Virus record (IMG/VR): IMGVR_UViG_3300035049_000566
Coordinates: 1 to 27,098 of that record
Source: a virus
Taxonomy: Duplodnaviria > Caudoviricetes
DNA length: 27,098 nt
Direction: 5' to 3' (one strand)
Shown here: piece by piece, positions 1-8,901 of the stretch
Numbering within the stretch: the first letter of the stretch is position 1
Layout: every line of letters starts with the position of its first letter
Translations under genes and position numbers: made by a program
Notes under the pieces: model-generated
Told to the model about the DNA's origin: nothing
What the model saw: only the letters and a program-made list of their open reading frames with translations
The model's database searches: none

Positions 1-866
1 GTTCCGACCGGATCGTCTGTATTGTAAGGATCAATCAGAGCTTGCTGCATCCGCTGTTTTGTTGCCGCTGCAAGGGCGTCGAAATTGGTAGTGGTTGTCA
101 AGCCTTTCCATGCACCGAAAGTTGTTGATCCGGTTGCTTCAAGAGTATCGGATGGTGTCCCGAGTTTGGTTGTGCCCTCAACGTCCGCAATGATAACCCC
201 CTGATCAACCCAGTCGCCTTCAGCCGCATCAAAATCGTTATCATTCGGCATGAAAAACTTCCCATCAACGATCTTCATGCCGTCAATCCATTTATAAACA
301 TTGCCCACTATATCGGATATACCGGCAAGGGAGTTGTCATGCCGCCATGAGACAGGACCGGAACCGGTCAAAGTCCTAGCTGTACCGGATGCCGTACCGG
401 GCGCAACGCCGTCCTGTCTGCGGCCCTGCTCATGCACCTGGTCATGATGCCTGCCGTAATATGTATTGCCCCTGGGCTGAAACCCGTTCTTGATGCACCA
501 CATGGAAACAGCCGCCCACTCCCAGTTTGTCAGCATGTGCCAGCCTGCACCCTTGGCCGTACAATATCCTCTTGCGGTATCAAAATTAATATTGCATGTC
601 GGATCAACTCCTGGCAAGGAGAGAGCGCGGCCGTCTTTCACTGCAGCCGGGTATTGCCCGATAAAAATTTCCGACTTTTCCACCCCGCCTTTCAGGAAGG
701 CAGGATGCACGCCGGTGCCCAAACCAACGTCAATATCTTCAACGTTAAATTTTGGGATAACCGTCATATAGGACGGGTAACCTTTATCATCATATAGAAC
801 CGTTACTTTGCCACCGGTAGCGGCCTCCACGGATGCTCTCAGAGCATCTTTTGCAAAAATTATCAT
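1..866 (-). CDS. Mtd-like / FGE-sulfatase C-type-lectin-fold receptor-binding protein, probable DGR target (3' end beyond left edge)
   Basis: Not in the ORF track; translated by hand from ATG at 866: MIIFAKDALRASVEAATGGKVTVLYDDKGYPSYM...HPAFLKGGVEKSEIFIGQY...SLPGVDP...NFDTARGYCTAKGAGWHMLTNWEWAA...PRGNTYYG...RTLTGSGPVSWRHDNSLAGISDIVGNVYKWIDG. Open for 288 codons to the edge. The WHxxTxxEW and GNVxxW motifs are typical of this fold. Confidence 0.85.
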   Translation of the reverse strand, partial: MIIFAKDALRASVEAATGGKVTVLYDDKGYPSYMTVIPKFNVEDIDVGLGTGVHPAFLKGGVEKSEIFIGQYPAAVKDGRALSLPGVDPTCNINFDTARGYCTAKGAGWHMLTNWEWAAVSMWCIKNGFQPRGNTYYGRHHDQVHEQGRRQDGVAPGTASGTARTLTGSGPVSWRHDNSLAGISDIVGNVYKWIDGMKIVDGKFFMPNDNDFDAAEGDWVDQGVIIADVEGTTKLGTPSDTLEATGSTTFGAWKGLTTTTNFDALAAATKQRMQQALIDPYNTDDPVG

Positions 867-869
867 CGT

Positions 870-1244
870 TTATATATCCTCACTTTCGTTTTTCTGTTCC
901 GGTATTGTCCATAAATTACCAACCACCTGCCCCATATCCAGAGGAAGGGCAACCTGCTCGACCTGTTGCGACCCGTCCTGATTCAAGACGGGGTTACCAT
1001 CACCATCAACCGATCCCTGAGACTTATACTGCCTAGCGGGAATGATGACATTGGCAACGTAAGCTTCAGCGTCGCCATCCGCACTAAACTTCAGCTCACC
1101 GGCTGCATTCATGCAGACGTCAATGCTGACCTGGGAATCTTCCTGCTTTGCAGCACAGTCAAACAGATCCTCACCATGGGACAGCACCGTCCCGTTTTCA
1201 AAAAATTCCAGATACGGCCCAGGGCCGAAGTAATTCAATTTCAT
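870..1244 (-). CDS. Small tail-fibre-module protein preceding the Mtd-like gene
   Basis: 124-aa ORF with SD GAAGGAAA. The motif IDVC...YVANVIIPARQY is recalled from ORFs that precede Mtd-like genes. Confidence 0.65.
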   Translation of the reverse strand: MKLNYFGPGPYLEFFENGTVLSHGEDLFDCAAKQEDSQVSIDVCMNAAGELKFSADGDAEAYVANVIIPARQYKSQGSVDGDGNPVLNQDGSQQVEQVALPLDMGQVVGNLWTIPEQKNESEDI

Positions 1245-1258
1245 ATCTCATTTTCCTT

Positions 1259-2179
1259 CTAAGGTTTTAAGCGGGTGACGACATAGCGAACCACTACAGC
1301 GTCCGCAGCCCCTGCCAGATAAAATTTAAACCCGTTTTTCAGCCGGTCCTCAACCAACAACTCACCGGCCTGCTGGCGTCCTCCTTCCAGCGATACCAAC
1401 TCTGCAGCAACGGCATAATCACTGTCGGGCAAAATATTGGCCAGCGGCACATACACAAATGCCGGATTTTCAAACAGGTTGGGCCAGTTCGGTTCCAGGC
1501 GACGAGTGTCCGTCAGGGTGACGTTCGCAAGATACGGATCTGTGGTTTCATTGTTGCCGGCAGGGACGCTCATGCTGTAAATTTCAATGCCGTTTTCCGG
1601 AACCGCTTCACCCAGGCTTGTGCAATCGCACTGAATATCACCGTTTTCATCCGTAAATAGATATGCGTAACAGATTGCAGCCGCTGCAGTGTTGTTGGCC
1701 GGAACCGCAGCCGTGTTCAGCAACTCGTTAGCGGAGTATGTCCGACCGTGCACGAACGATTTTCCGGCGGCAAGGTTCAGGTTGCGGGTCGCGTTGTCTG
1801 ATTTTGAAATCGAGCAACCACTGATAATGCCCCGGTTCAAGATCGTCACTTCGCCCTCCTGGATCAACACGTTCTTGAGTCGGTCCAGCTCCCGGTTGGC
1901 AAGCCCGGCGGCATCAACAGCCGCCATCACGGTCGCCATTAGCGTGTTCTGCATGTCCGGATCAAGGCCTTCTACGTTCTCTTCGATTTCATCCAGGCGC
2001 TCGTCAAGGGTGTCTTTACTCCCTCTGGCGGATACGATTTCCGACTCCTTGCCGGATAGCCTTTCGTCCAGGTTTTCAAAGTTTTCATCGATCTCATCAT
2101 ACCGCTCGTTCCAAAGGCTCGGAACTGCATCCGGCTCATTGTCAGGTATTGGAGTGATCGAGGTGTTCGGCAGTGTCAT
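1259..2179 (-). CDS. Tail fibre / fibre-attachment protein
   Basis: 306 aa with SD AGGAG. Acidic coiled-coil N-terminus followed by a beta-rich domain. Lies after the gpR-like gene, where P1 has its fibre gene S. Confidence 0.65.
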   Translation of the reverse strand: MTLPNTSITPIPDNEPDAVPSLWNERYDEIDENFENLDERLSGKESEIVSARGSKDTLDERLDEIEENVEGLDPDMQNTLMATVMAAVDAAGLANRELDRLKNVLIQEGEVTILNRGIISGCSISKSDNATRNLNLAAGKSFVHGRTYSANELLNTAAVPANNTAAAAICYAYLFTDENGDIQCDCTSLGEAVPENGIEIYSMSVPAGNNETTDPYLANVTLTDTRRLEPNWPNLFENPAFVYVPLANILPDSDYAVAAELVSLEGGRQQAGELLVEDRLKNGFKFYLAGAADAVVVRYVVTRLKP

Positions 2180-2191
2180 TCCGCTTCTCCT

Positions 2192-2572
2192 TTAAAATTT
2201 AAGCTTTACTTTGATTTCATATTCTTCATCAGATTCTTTTATTTTTGGTGCAAAATTCTTGAAGCCGAGCAACTTGCCATCCTCGTCAAGCAACCCTGCT
2301 TCGGAAATACTTACGCCGTTTAAATCGGCTTTCTCGGCAATCCCACTGCCGGTTATCGAATAATCATCTTCCTTGATTAATTGAGATAAGTTTTTACGCA
2401 ATCGCTCATTAACCAGCTCGGTTTGGCTATCGCTCGGTGTTTTAGCGGTATTGTCCGGGTTATGGCCACCGTCGCCAAAGGCTATCATTGCCGGAGGCTT
2501 TACGACCGCACCGCCCGACATTTGCGTGGCGAGGCGTTTTCTATAATCCAATGTGGTGGTAGCTCCTGCCAT
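2192..2572 (-). CDS. P1 gpR-like baseplate/tail-fibre attachment protein
   Basis: 126 aa; LDYRKRLA...IAFGDGG...ISEAGLLDEDGKL...KIKESDEEYEIKVKLKF is a fibre-collar N-terminal-type pattern. Directly follows the gp16-like gene, as in P1. Confidence 0.75.
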   Translation of the reverse strand: MAGATTTLDYRKRLATQMSGGAVVKPPAMIAFGDGGHNPDNTAKTPSDSQTELVNERLRKNLSQLIKEDDYSITGSGIAEKADLNGVSISEAGLLDEDGKLLGFKNFAPKIKESDEEYEIKVKLKF

Positions 2573-2581
2573 TTCTTTCTC

Positions 2582-4090
2582 CTATGCTGCTTTTCTGATT
2601 ATTAATTCCATTTCACATTCAGGGCCGGAAGCCCCCACTTTCCACGAACTATCCAACTTTTTAGTATACCCAAGCCCCCATGACCCGTTCAGCTTACGAT
2701 AAAAGCGACCCAGAGCAGGAGCTGTAAGGTAACGGTTCCCATCCAATTGCCATGTTCCATCAAGATCGTTGTGCGCTCCAACTTTCCAGTTCCCGTCAAT
2801 GCGCCGAGACCAACTCTCTCCGATTTTTGACATGGCCCTGCCAAGCCCCGGGAAAATGCCACAAGAAAATTCTTTTTTTACATTCACCGAAGAATCAACA
2901 CGGATGCCGGGTTCCCGTTTAACCGCCCACGCCCCGTCCAGTTTCCGTGGGGATAATGCAGCGCCCAGCCTCCACGATGCATCCAGAGGTTTTCCAGGGA
3001 AAAGTTTGTGCTGTGTCCCTATCATGACAGGGCTGGCCGGATAACTGATTTCGAACTTAGAAACGTGGCAGGCCGATAAATCCGGCCGCACAAGGAATTC
3101 TATTTCTTTCTTTACACTTGTCTCGGATAAGGCGAGAATACGATTATCCCCTACATTCCACCCGCCATCCAGCCGGAGCATGCTTTCCCCCAACCGGGAG
3201 TTGATATACTCAGCCGGACGATCAATGGTCTTTAAAAGTGCCGCACTGGAAATGATATTGCACTGCTTGATGGCATTCTCGGCATGTCCGGGATATATTG
3301 CCCCCAGTTTCCAGGAACCATCAATCGAGTGGACCCCATCTAATGTAAAAGGCTGATCATCAAACCCTATCTGCCAGGAACCATCCAGGCGAGAATTGCA
3401 CCACGGGTACTGCTGTTCAATGGTCTTGGTAAGATATAAAGAAGCGTCTATCCGAGTATAAACATCGAGATCGAACCACAACTGATAATAAAAACCGTCA
3501 AAAACAATATGGAGGGGTTTTATTTTTCGAACCCTGTCTCTTGCCGTGTCTATCAAAGAGGTGTTTGATAATGATGCTAAATTAATCAATAATTTACCTC
3601 TGGACGTTAAAAGAACACCGTCCAAGAGTTTTTCCGGAGACGATTCTGAAACATGCCAGGAGCCATCCAGATGCAGAATGGTGTTGGTGGTCCAGGCAGG
3701 GCCTATCTCATGGTCCATATAAAAAGCGGTACCATAAGCTTCACCCCTCCGGGCATACATCGGCATCCATTCTGAATCTATCCCGAGCCGTTTCAGTGAA
3801 GCCACCAGAGGAACCTTGGTATCTTTCTGAAGAAGTTCAAGCTTCCTGAGAGCTACGGATATAGGAATATTCTTATCGGGAAGGTCGTATTCATAATATC
3901 TACCCAACTCCGAAACAATCCTTTTTTGACCGTCTTCACCCGCAGTGTATATGGATCGCAGGTTGGCAACCTTTTCCAATTCAGGATCGAAAGAATCTTC
4001 CCAAAACTCCTGTATCGCTTCGGCAAGTTGTGCCCACCGATCCGTCTTTATTTTTACAGGGGAAAGTCTTTTTTTAAGCCAGTCAATCAT
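2582..4090 (-). CDS. P1 gp16-like baseplate wedge protein with LDGSW-repeat extension
   Basis: N-terminus (WLKKRLSPVK...LAEAIQEFWEDSFDP...LRSIYTA...ELG) and KIKPLHIVFDG resemble gp16/P2 gpI-type proteins. ATGA overlap with the bplA stop. About 10 (L/I)DGxW repeats. Confidence 0.8.
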   Translation of the reverse strand: MIDWLKKRLSPVKIKTDRWAQLAEAIQEFWEDSFDPELEKVANLRSIYTAGEDGQKRIVSELGRYYEYDLPDKNIPISVALRKLELLQKDTKVPLVASLKRLGIDSEWMPMYARRGEAYGTAFYMDHEIGPAWTTNTILHLDGSWHVSESSPEKLLDGVLLTSRGKLLINLASLSNTSLIDTARDRVRKIKPLHIVFDGFYYQLWFDLDVYTRIDASLYLTKTIEQQYPWCNSRLDGSWQIGFDDQPFTLDGVHSIDGSWKLGAIYPGHAENAIKQCNIISSAALLKTIDRPAEYINSRLGESMLRLDGGWNVGDNRILALSETSVKKEIEFLVRPDLSACHVSKFEISYPASPVMIGTQHKLFPGKPLDASWRLGAALSPRKLDGAWAVKREPGIRVDSSVNVKKEFSCGIFPGLGRAMSKIGESWSRRIDGNWKVGAHNDLDGTWQLDGNRYLTAPALGRFYRKLNGSWGLGYTKKLDSSWKVGASGPECEMELIIRKAA

Positions 4091-5490
4091 AGATATCCTA
4101 TCGAAATAGTGGTGCTATCCATGTCGATGGATACCATTTCATTTAAGGCGGTTGCTTCGACAGTCCCGGAATATGAAATTTCAAAATTTGCCCCATCATC
4201 AGTAAAATGGCCTGTCTCTGTAATGAGTTTATAGAAATCCTTGACAAACACTTTGTCCAGCCTGTCCACAGAATCTTTGCCATAATTCTTTTCAAAGGCG
4301 TCTTTGATACTTTGAATAACCGTATCCACGGACAACCTTCTATGGACCTGGCCGGTTATGGCCAATGAGAATGTTGAGAAAACCGGTTCAACCCATTCGA
4401 ACTCCCGGTTCAGCAAAGGGATTGCGCTTAAATCCGAAAGGATATCATCCCCTATTTCCGGTTGATCTTCGGCATATGCCGTAATAAAAATTTTATTAAT
4501 AAAGTCATAGCTGGGGCCGTATGCCGCTTCGGCTTCCTCTTCGCCCCAAACTTTTGCCCATATGATGTTCGGATTTTTCTTTTTGATGAAATAGATGTAA
4601 TCGTTTCGCCAGATAAGATCCTCATTGTAGATATGCCAGTAATTAAGATTTTTCCTTAATTCTTCACCGGTTTCCTGGGGTTGGCCTCCCGTAATCGCTT
4701 CCAGGGTTGTGGCTGTTATGTCGGCAGGCTGACGGGCATAATCCAAAACTTCATCCACCACGGATAATTTTTGATTTTGTGCTAAAAAGGTTTCCCCCGA
4801 TGTGAGTCGGAGTTCAACCTTCACTACCGAACCAGTGGGAGGTATTAAGCCAAAGTCGCCATTCCCAAACCGAATGCCCATTTGGTCGTTGTGGGAATAA
4901 AATTCATCATAAACTTTCGAGTCTGGGTTGGTGTTTTTCAGGAGTCTTGCGTACCCCCACTCTTCAAAGCCGTCTTCCATATCCACAAAAACAGTGAAGC
5001 TACTGATCCGTGCGGTTAAATCCTTTTCAAATAACACCTCATAAAAAGGCTCTTCCGCCGTAACGGTATGCTCTATCTCCTGTATCTCAACCTGTTCGAA
5101 CTCGATATCAACGCTTTGTCCCGATGCAATCACCACCGCATCCGTGCAGATATAACTGATTTGCAGATCCGACAAAAATTGCTGGTATACGGGGAGCGCA
5201 ATTGAATCACCACCATTGTTTGAGATTCTTACCGTCCCGGACGATGGTGTGGGTTTCCTGGGAAGATACTCCCGATCCTCAACATGTGCCAATATACTGG
5301 ATTTATTCAAGGCAGTTGAAAGGAAAAACTCCTGTAATACTCTCTCCACAGCCCACAACGCACTACGCAATGCCCATCCCTGAAAGATCGCAAAATGTTC
5401 AATAAACTGAGACTTCCCGATTTGCACCCATGCCGCTTTGGTTCCCAATATCTCTTTAAATTTTGCTATGGCTTCATCTTTACTGATCAT
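4087..5490 (-). CDS. bplA: Baseplate wedge protein, P1 BplA-like (baseplate-J / T4 gp6 type)
   Basis: 467 aa; EFFLSTA...SSILAHVEDREYLPRKPTPSSG, GIRFGNGDFGLIP, ITGG..ET.EELR. Syntenic between pmgA and gene 16. Confidence 0.85.
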   Translation of the reverse strand: MISKDEAIAKFKEILGTKAAWVQIGKSQFIEHFAIFQGWALRSALWAVERVLQEFFLSTALNKSSILAHVEDREYLPRKPTPSSGTVRISNNGGDSIALPVYQQFLSDLQISYICTDAVVIASGQSVDIEFEQVEIQEIEHTVTAEEPFYEVLFEKDLTARISSFTVFVDMEDGFEEWGYARLLKNTNPDSKVYDEFYSHNDQMGIRFGNGDFGLIPPTGSVVKVELRLTSGETFLAQNQKLSVVDEVLDYARQPADITATTLEAITGGQPQETGEELRKNLNYWHIYNEDLIWRNDYIYFIKKKNPNIIWAKVWGEEEAEAAYGPSYDFINKIFITAYAEDQPEIGDDILSDLSAIPLLNREFEWVEPVFSTFSLAITGQVHRRLSVDTVIQSIKDAFEKNYGKDSVDRLDKVFVKDFYKLITETGHFTDDGANFEISYSGTVEATALNEMVSIDMDSTTISIGYL

Positions 5491-5840
5491 AACTCCACCG
5501 CCGCCTTCTCGAATGTATTGTTGTCGAATTCAATGATGATTTTAGCTATATCAATCCCTGGGAATTCAACACCGACACGCTTTAAATTGATATCAGGGAT
5601 GTCAATAAGTATCTTTTGGAAAATACTTATCTCTGCCATCACCTGTAAATTTATGCCGTTTGGCTCATGCTTGAATGCTGATAGATTATTCCCCCATGCT
5701 GGCAGATCCGCCACGCTTCCTTCCGGCGTTCCAAGCCATTCCGATATTTGTTGCCCTGCGGCGTCACTATCTGCATAGGTCTTTATTTCCTCGGTCTGGG
5801 AAGATTCCATCAACCAATTGTATTCTTTGATTTCACTCAT
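5487..5840 (-). CDS. pmgA: Baseplate / sheath-initiator protein, P1 PmgA-like (GPW_gp25 type)
   Basis: 117 aa; EWLGTPEGSVADLPAWGNNL..FKHEP motif. ATGA overlap with bplA. Confidence 0.8.
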   Translation of the reverse strand: MSEIKEYNWLMESSQTEEIKTYADSDAAGQQISEWLGTPEGSVADLPAWGNNLSAFKHEPNGINLQVMAEISIFQKILIDIPDINLKRVGVEFPGIDIAKIIIEFDNNTFEKAAVEL

Positions 5841-5842
5841 GC

Positions 5843-8746
5843 TTATAGCCTGTCATGCGCCATTAAAATTAATACGGTATCGTCAAATTCAGTCTGGATG
5901 TTTGAAGGCAATTTGCTCTTGCTCCGATTGTCCTCTTTCCCCTGGTTTTTGACGGTAATAACTGGCCTTTGCTCCATAACCATATTCCTTTGTCCATTGC
6001 TGCCATTCTGAGGAACAGGTGCTGTTTTTTGCGGTGAAATCGGCTTTACTTTTTGCATTGGGGTTTTGTTGATTTTCCCTACTGGTGCGAGACTGTTCCT
6101 GCCCGAAGACTCTGTGCTTTGAACTGTTTGTTTTTTATCTTCCCTTAAAGGTTGTGGAACAATTTTAGCATTTAAAACAGGAGCTTTCTCTTTCACCGAC
6201 ACAGCGTCTTTGGGAGAAGCTGGACGAACATCCTTATTGGAACTCAAAGCTTCCGGGCTATCTGGACTTTCCGTTTCGGTGCGAAACATGCCGTCAGTGG
6301 ATCTTATGATTTCACCGCTTTTTACCAAGCTGCTCAGCTTGCCCACGTCGAAAGATTTCTCACCGCCAACCATCTTGAATGCCTCGGGTGTCATCCGATC
6401 CTTAAATTTGGTACTATATTTCTTGGCCTCCGCTTTCTTGCGCTTTTTATCATCACCACCGTGTATTTTGTCGAATAACCAATTTCCCGCCCAGCCGTCA
6501 CCTCCGCCGGTCAATTTACCAATTCCTTTATTAATCAAAGTCCCAGCACCATACCCGGCCGCACCAGCTGCACCGACTAAGCCTACAGATGATGCCATTG
6601 CACCCGCGCCAAGTCCCCCGGTCAAAGCTGTTCCGGCCCCGGCAGAAAGTAACCCTGAAAGGCCAAGTCCTCCAGTGGCCGTTGCGCCAAGTCCTGCCAA
6701 GGCCGAGCCGCCCTTCGTCAAAACACCTTCACCGGCTGCAAAAGATTTTGCGATTGCTTTTAGCAACTGTCCGTGTCGCCTATCATCTTCTTTATTACCA
6801 GCCTTGATAGCCTTGGTTATCTCTTCCGTACCCTCGATTTCTTTTTCAAACAACTCGGTATGTTGTTTGATGGAATTTGTTTGCTTGTCTCCGGGTGTCT
6901 TTATCGTGCGGTTGATGTCCTTGGCCTTGCTGTCAGTCTTTTTGTTACGTCTATCAGTGACGGTACTTTTATTTCTTTCAGAGGTGCTTTCCCTGCCTGT
7001 TCTTGAATATGTTTTGCTTGATCCTTTCTGGACAGATTTATTGCTTTTGTTATTAATCACGTTAGCAGTAACATGCCGACGCTCATCTTCTTTATTACCA
7101 GCCTTGATGGCCTTGGTTTCTTTCAGTATTCCTGTAGTATTGGTAACAGGATACTTTGCGATAGTTGACTTATCCTTTTTTGATTGAAGAAAATCAGACT
7201 CCGGCTGATTTTTTTTGTCATGAAAAGATTCGATAACTTTGCCGGGTTGAACCTCATTTCCCCCCTGTCTTTCCGTCTCAATATTTGAGCCGTGGCCTTC
7301 TTGTAATTTCTTAGCGATTGGAGATGATAACTTTTTGGAAGTTATCATCTCCGTCAATGAACAGGTGTCAACCTTAAATCTTTTCTTATGCGAGAAAGGC
7401 GTCTTTTCTGTATTTGTCGCCAACCCTTTTACTATTTTGCCCGGCTTTTGGTCTTCAACCTGACGCTGTCCTGTGCTGGGAGTACTTCTGATAGGAGTTG
7501 TCAGTCCATCATCTCGAAGCGGGATAGATTCTTTTTTCTGCCTCTTGGCGGATATGGCGCTAACCTTATCGGCAGAATTACCGACACCTTCACTTTCGGG
7601 CGGGGATATCGTATTCTCTAAGCTTTTTGGGCCACGATTTGTTGTGCCTTCCTTTGGAAATTTAATAAAATGACCTTTCTTATCCCGTCGATCACTTTTA
7701 TTTTTTCTCGGCCTAGGGTCTTCATTTTCCCCGGTTCCATTTTCTGCCTGAATTCTTTCGACAGCGACAGCGGATCTTGTGCTTACCTTATTCTTTTCCG
7801 ATCGAATAGAATCAGATTTTAGAGAATTGCCTTCATCATGAAAAGATTCGACAGGCTTGCTGGAATGAGCCTGTTTTTCAGAAGATTTAATAAAGTGCCC
7901 TTTGGCATCCCGGAGTCGACCATTTTTATCTTTTTTGGGTTCAGAGATTTTGTCTTCATCCCCCTGGGCTTTTTTTGAAACAAATTTTTTGAAGAGATTT
8001 GTGGCAATTCTACCAGTTAAAGTATCATTACCTTTAATAGTGGATGCAAACTCGGTAACCTCCTGGATAGCGCCCCACAATGGTCCACCCGCAGCCAACC
8101 CGGCGGCGTCTTTGCCTTCTCCCGAATCCGCACCGGAAATATCTTTGACCTGGTTAACAATTTTCCCACCGATTGAAAAGAAAGAAGCACTAACAGTTTT
8201 TAAAAACCCTTTATTGCGGACTCTTTCCTGGTCTTCCTTGCGCCTTTTCAACGTATCCTTGCCGTTAAGCACGGCGGGTGCGTTCCCATCGTTTTGCCGT
8301 TGATTATTTGTGCCTGGCACTAAGTTTGGCACTAAAATTGGCACCAAGTTCGGGCTAACACTCGCACTTGCACCTGGGCTTGCACCCGGCAACTTATCTT
8401 TATTGATGTCCCTGCCCGCACGGCTTTGTGGCGCTTTTTTTCTGTTTATCTTCCTCTTTTTATTTACGCTTTTTTCCGAACGTTCCACCGGTGGAACGGC
8501 AGTAGGAGGAATAATCACCGCAACCGGACTTGTCCCAGGGGAAGTTATATTTTTGGCATTCGTTCTGTTTTCTATATCATTGACAGGATTAGTATCGCGG
8601 GTATCTCTTTGTGGAACAGGCATTCCGAATCGTTTTAAAATCCTGCCATCAAGACCCTTGGAGCTGGACAACACTGTATTTAAGAGCTTGTCAAGCTTAT
8701 CATCAATACCTTTGAGTAAAGGAATTGTTTTTAATACCCGTTTCAC
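5843..8746 (-). CDS. sit: Sit-like tape measure / DNA-injection protein (basic, low complexity, no evident transglycosylase domain)
   Basis: 967 aa, GTG start, between pmgB and pmgA. Contains RDAKGHFIK and DAAGLAAGGPLW motifs recalled from P1 Sit, and a Gly/Ala-rich hydrophobic stretch. Confidence 0.7.
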   Translation of the reverse strand: MKRVLKTIPLLKGIDDKLDKLLNTVLSSSKGLDGRILKRFGMPVPQRDTRDTNPVNDIENRTNAKNITSPGTSPVAVIIPPTAVPPVERSEKSVNKKRKINRKKAPQSRAGRDINKDKLPGASPGASASVSPNLVPILVPNLVPGTNNQRQNDGNAPAVLNGKDTLKRRKEDQERVRNKGFLKTVSASFFSIGGKIVNQVKDISGADSGEGKDAAGLAAGGPLWGAIQEVTEFASTIKGNDTLTGRIATNLFKKFVSKKAQGDEDKISEPKKDKNGRLRDAKGHFIKSSEKQAHSSKPVESFHDEGNSLKSDSIRSEKNKVSTRSAVAVERIQAENGTGENEDPRPRKNKSDRRDKKGHFIKFPKEGTTNRGPKSLENTISPPESEGVGNSADKVSAISAKRQKKESIPLRDDGLTTPIRSTPSTGQRQVEDQKPGKIVKGLATNTEKTPFSHKKRFKVDTCSLTEMITSKKLSSPIAKKLQEGHGSNIETERQGGNEVQPGKVIESFHDKKNQPESDFLQSKKDKSTIAKYPVTNTTGILKETKAIKAGNKEDERRHVTANVINNKSNKSVQKGSSKTYSRTGRESTSERNKSTVTDRRNKKTDSKAKDINRTIKTPGDKQTNSIKQHTELFEKEIEGTEEITKAIKAGNKEDDRRHGQLLKAIAKSFAAGEGVLTKGGSALAGLGATATGGLGLSGLLSAGAGTALTGGLGAGAMASSVGLVGAAGAAGYGAGTLINKGIGKLTGGGDGWAGNWLFDKIHGGDDKKRKKAEAKKYSTKFKDRMTPEAFKMVGGEKSFDVGKLSSLVKSGEIIRSTDGMFRTETESPDSPEALSSNKDVRPASPKDAVSVKEKAPVLNAKIVPQPLREDKKQTVQSTESSGRNSLAPVGKINKTPMQKVKPISPQKTAPVPQNGSNGQRNMVMEQRPVITVKNQGKEDNRSKSKLPSNIQTEFDDTVLILMAHDRL
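6783..7118. repeat. Direct repeat inside sit: two 36-nt copies (6783-6818 and 7083-7118), exactly 300 bp apart, one mismatch
   Basis: tcatcttctttattaccagccttgat(a/g)gccttggtt; part of the duplicated peptide TKAIKAGNKED(E/D)RRH. Confidence 0.9.
8315..8350. repeat. Imperfect 12-bp tandem repeat x3 in sit, encoding (N/I)LVP units
   Basis: tggcactaagtt tggcactaaaat tggcaccaagtt; protein PNLVPILVPNLVP. Confidence 0.8.
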
Positions 8747-8901
8747 TTATGCCTTTTCTCCACTTCTTTGTGCAGTGCAAGCACCAGTCTTTTAGGTGCC
8801 ATAAGAGTCTCCCGTATGTCCTGGTGGGCATGCAGGCAAAGATTATTTATAATAATCTCCCAATCCTTTCTGCTATAATTCGGGAATGAAGTCGCCAGTC
8901 C
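8743..8901 (-). CDS. Putative frameshift-accessed C-terminal extension of PmgB (tail assembly chaperone GT-like)
   Basis: 52 open codons in the +1 frame (GLATSFPNYSRKDWEIIINNLCLHAHQDIRETLMAPKRLVLALHKEVEKRHK) fill the pmgB-sit gap. Its TGA overlaps the sit GTG start. Confidence 0.55.
   Translation of the reverse strand, partial: GLATSFPNYSRKDWEIIINNLCLHAHQDIRETLMAPKRLVLALHKEVEKRHK

Noticed and set aside
1-866. DGR variable or template repeat within the window
   Set aside because: The C-terminal variable region lies outside the window. No second copy or reverse transcriptase is visible here.
8871-8879. Plus-strand TGCTATAAT (possible antisense promoter into pmgB)
   Set aside because: It coincides with pmgB's last codons and stop (GAA TTA TAG CA), so coding constraint or chance explains it. 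There is no supporting -35.
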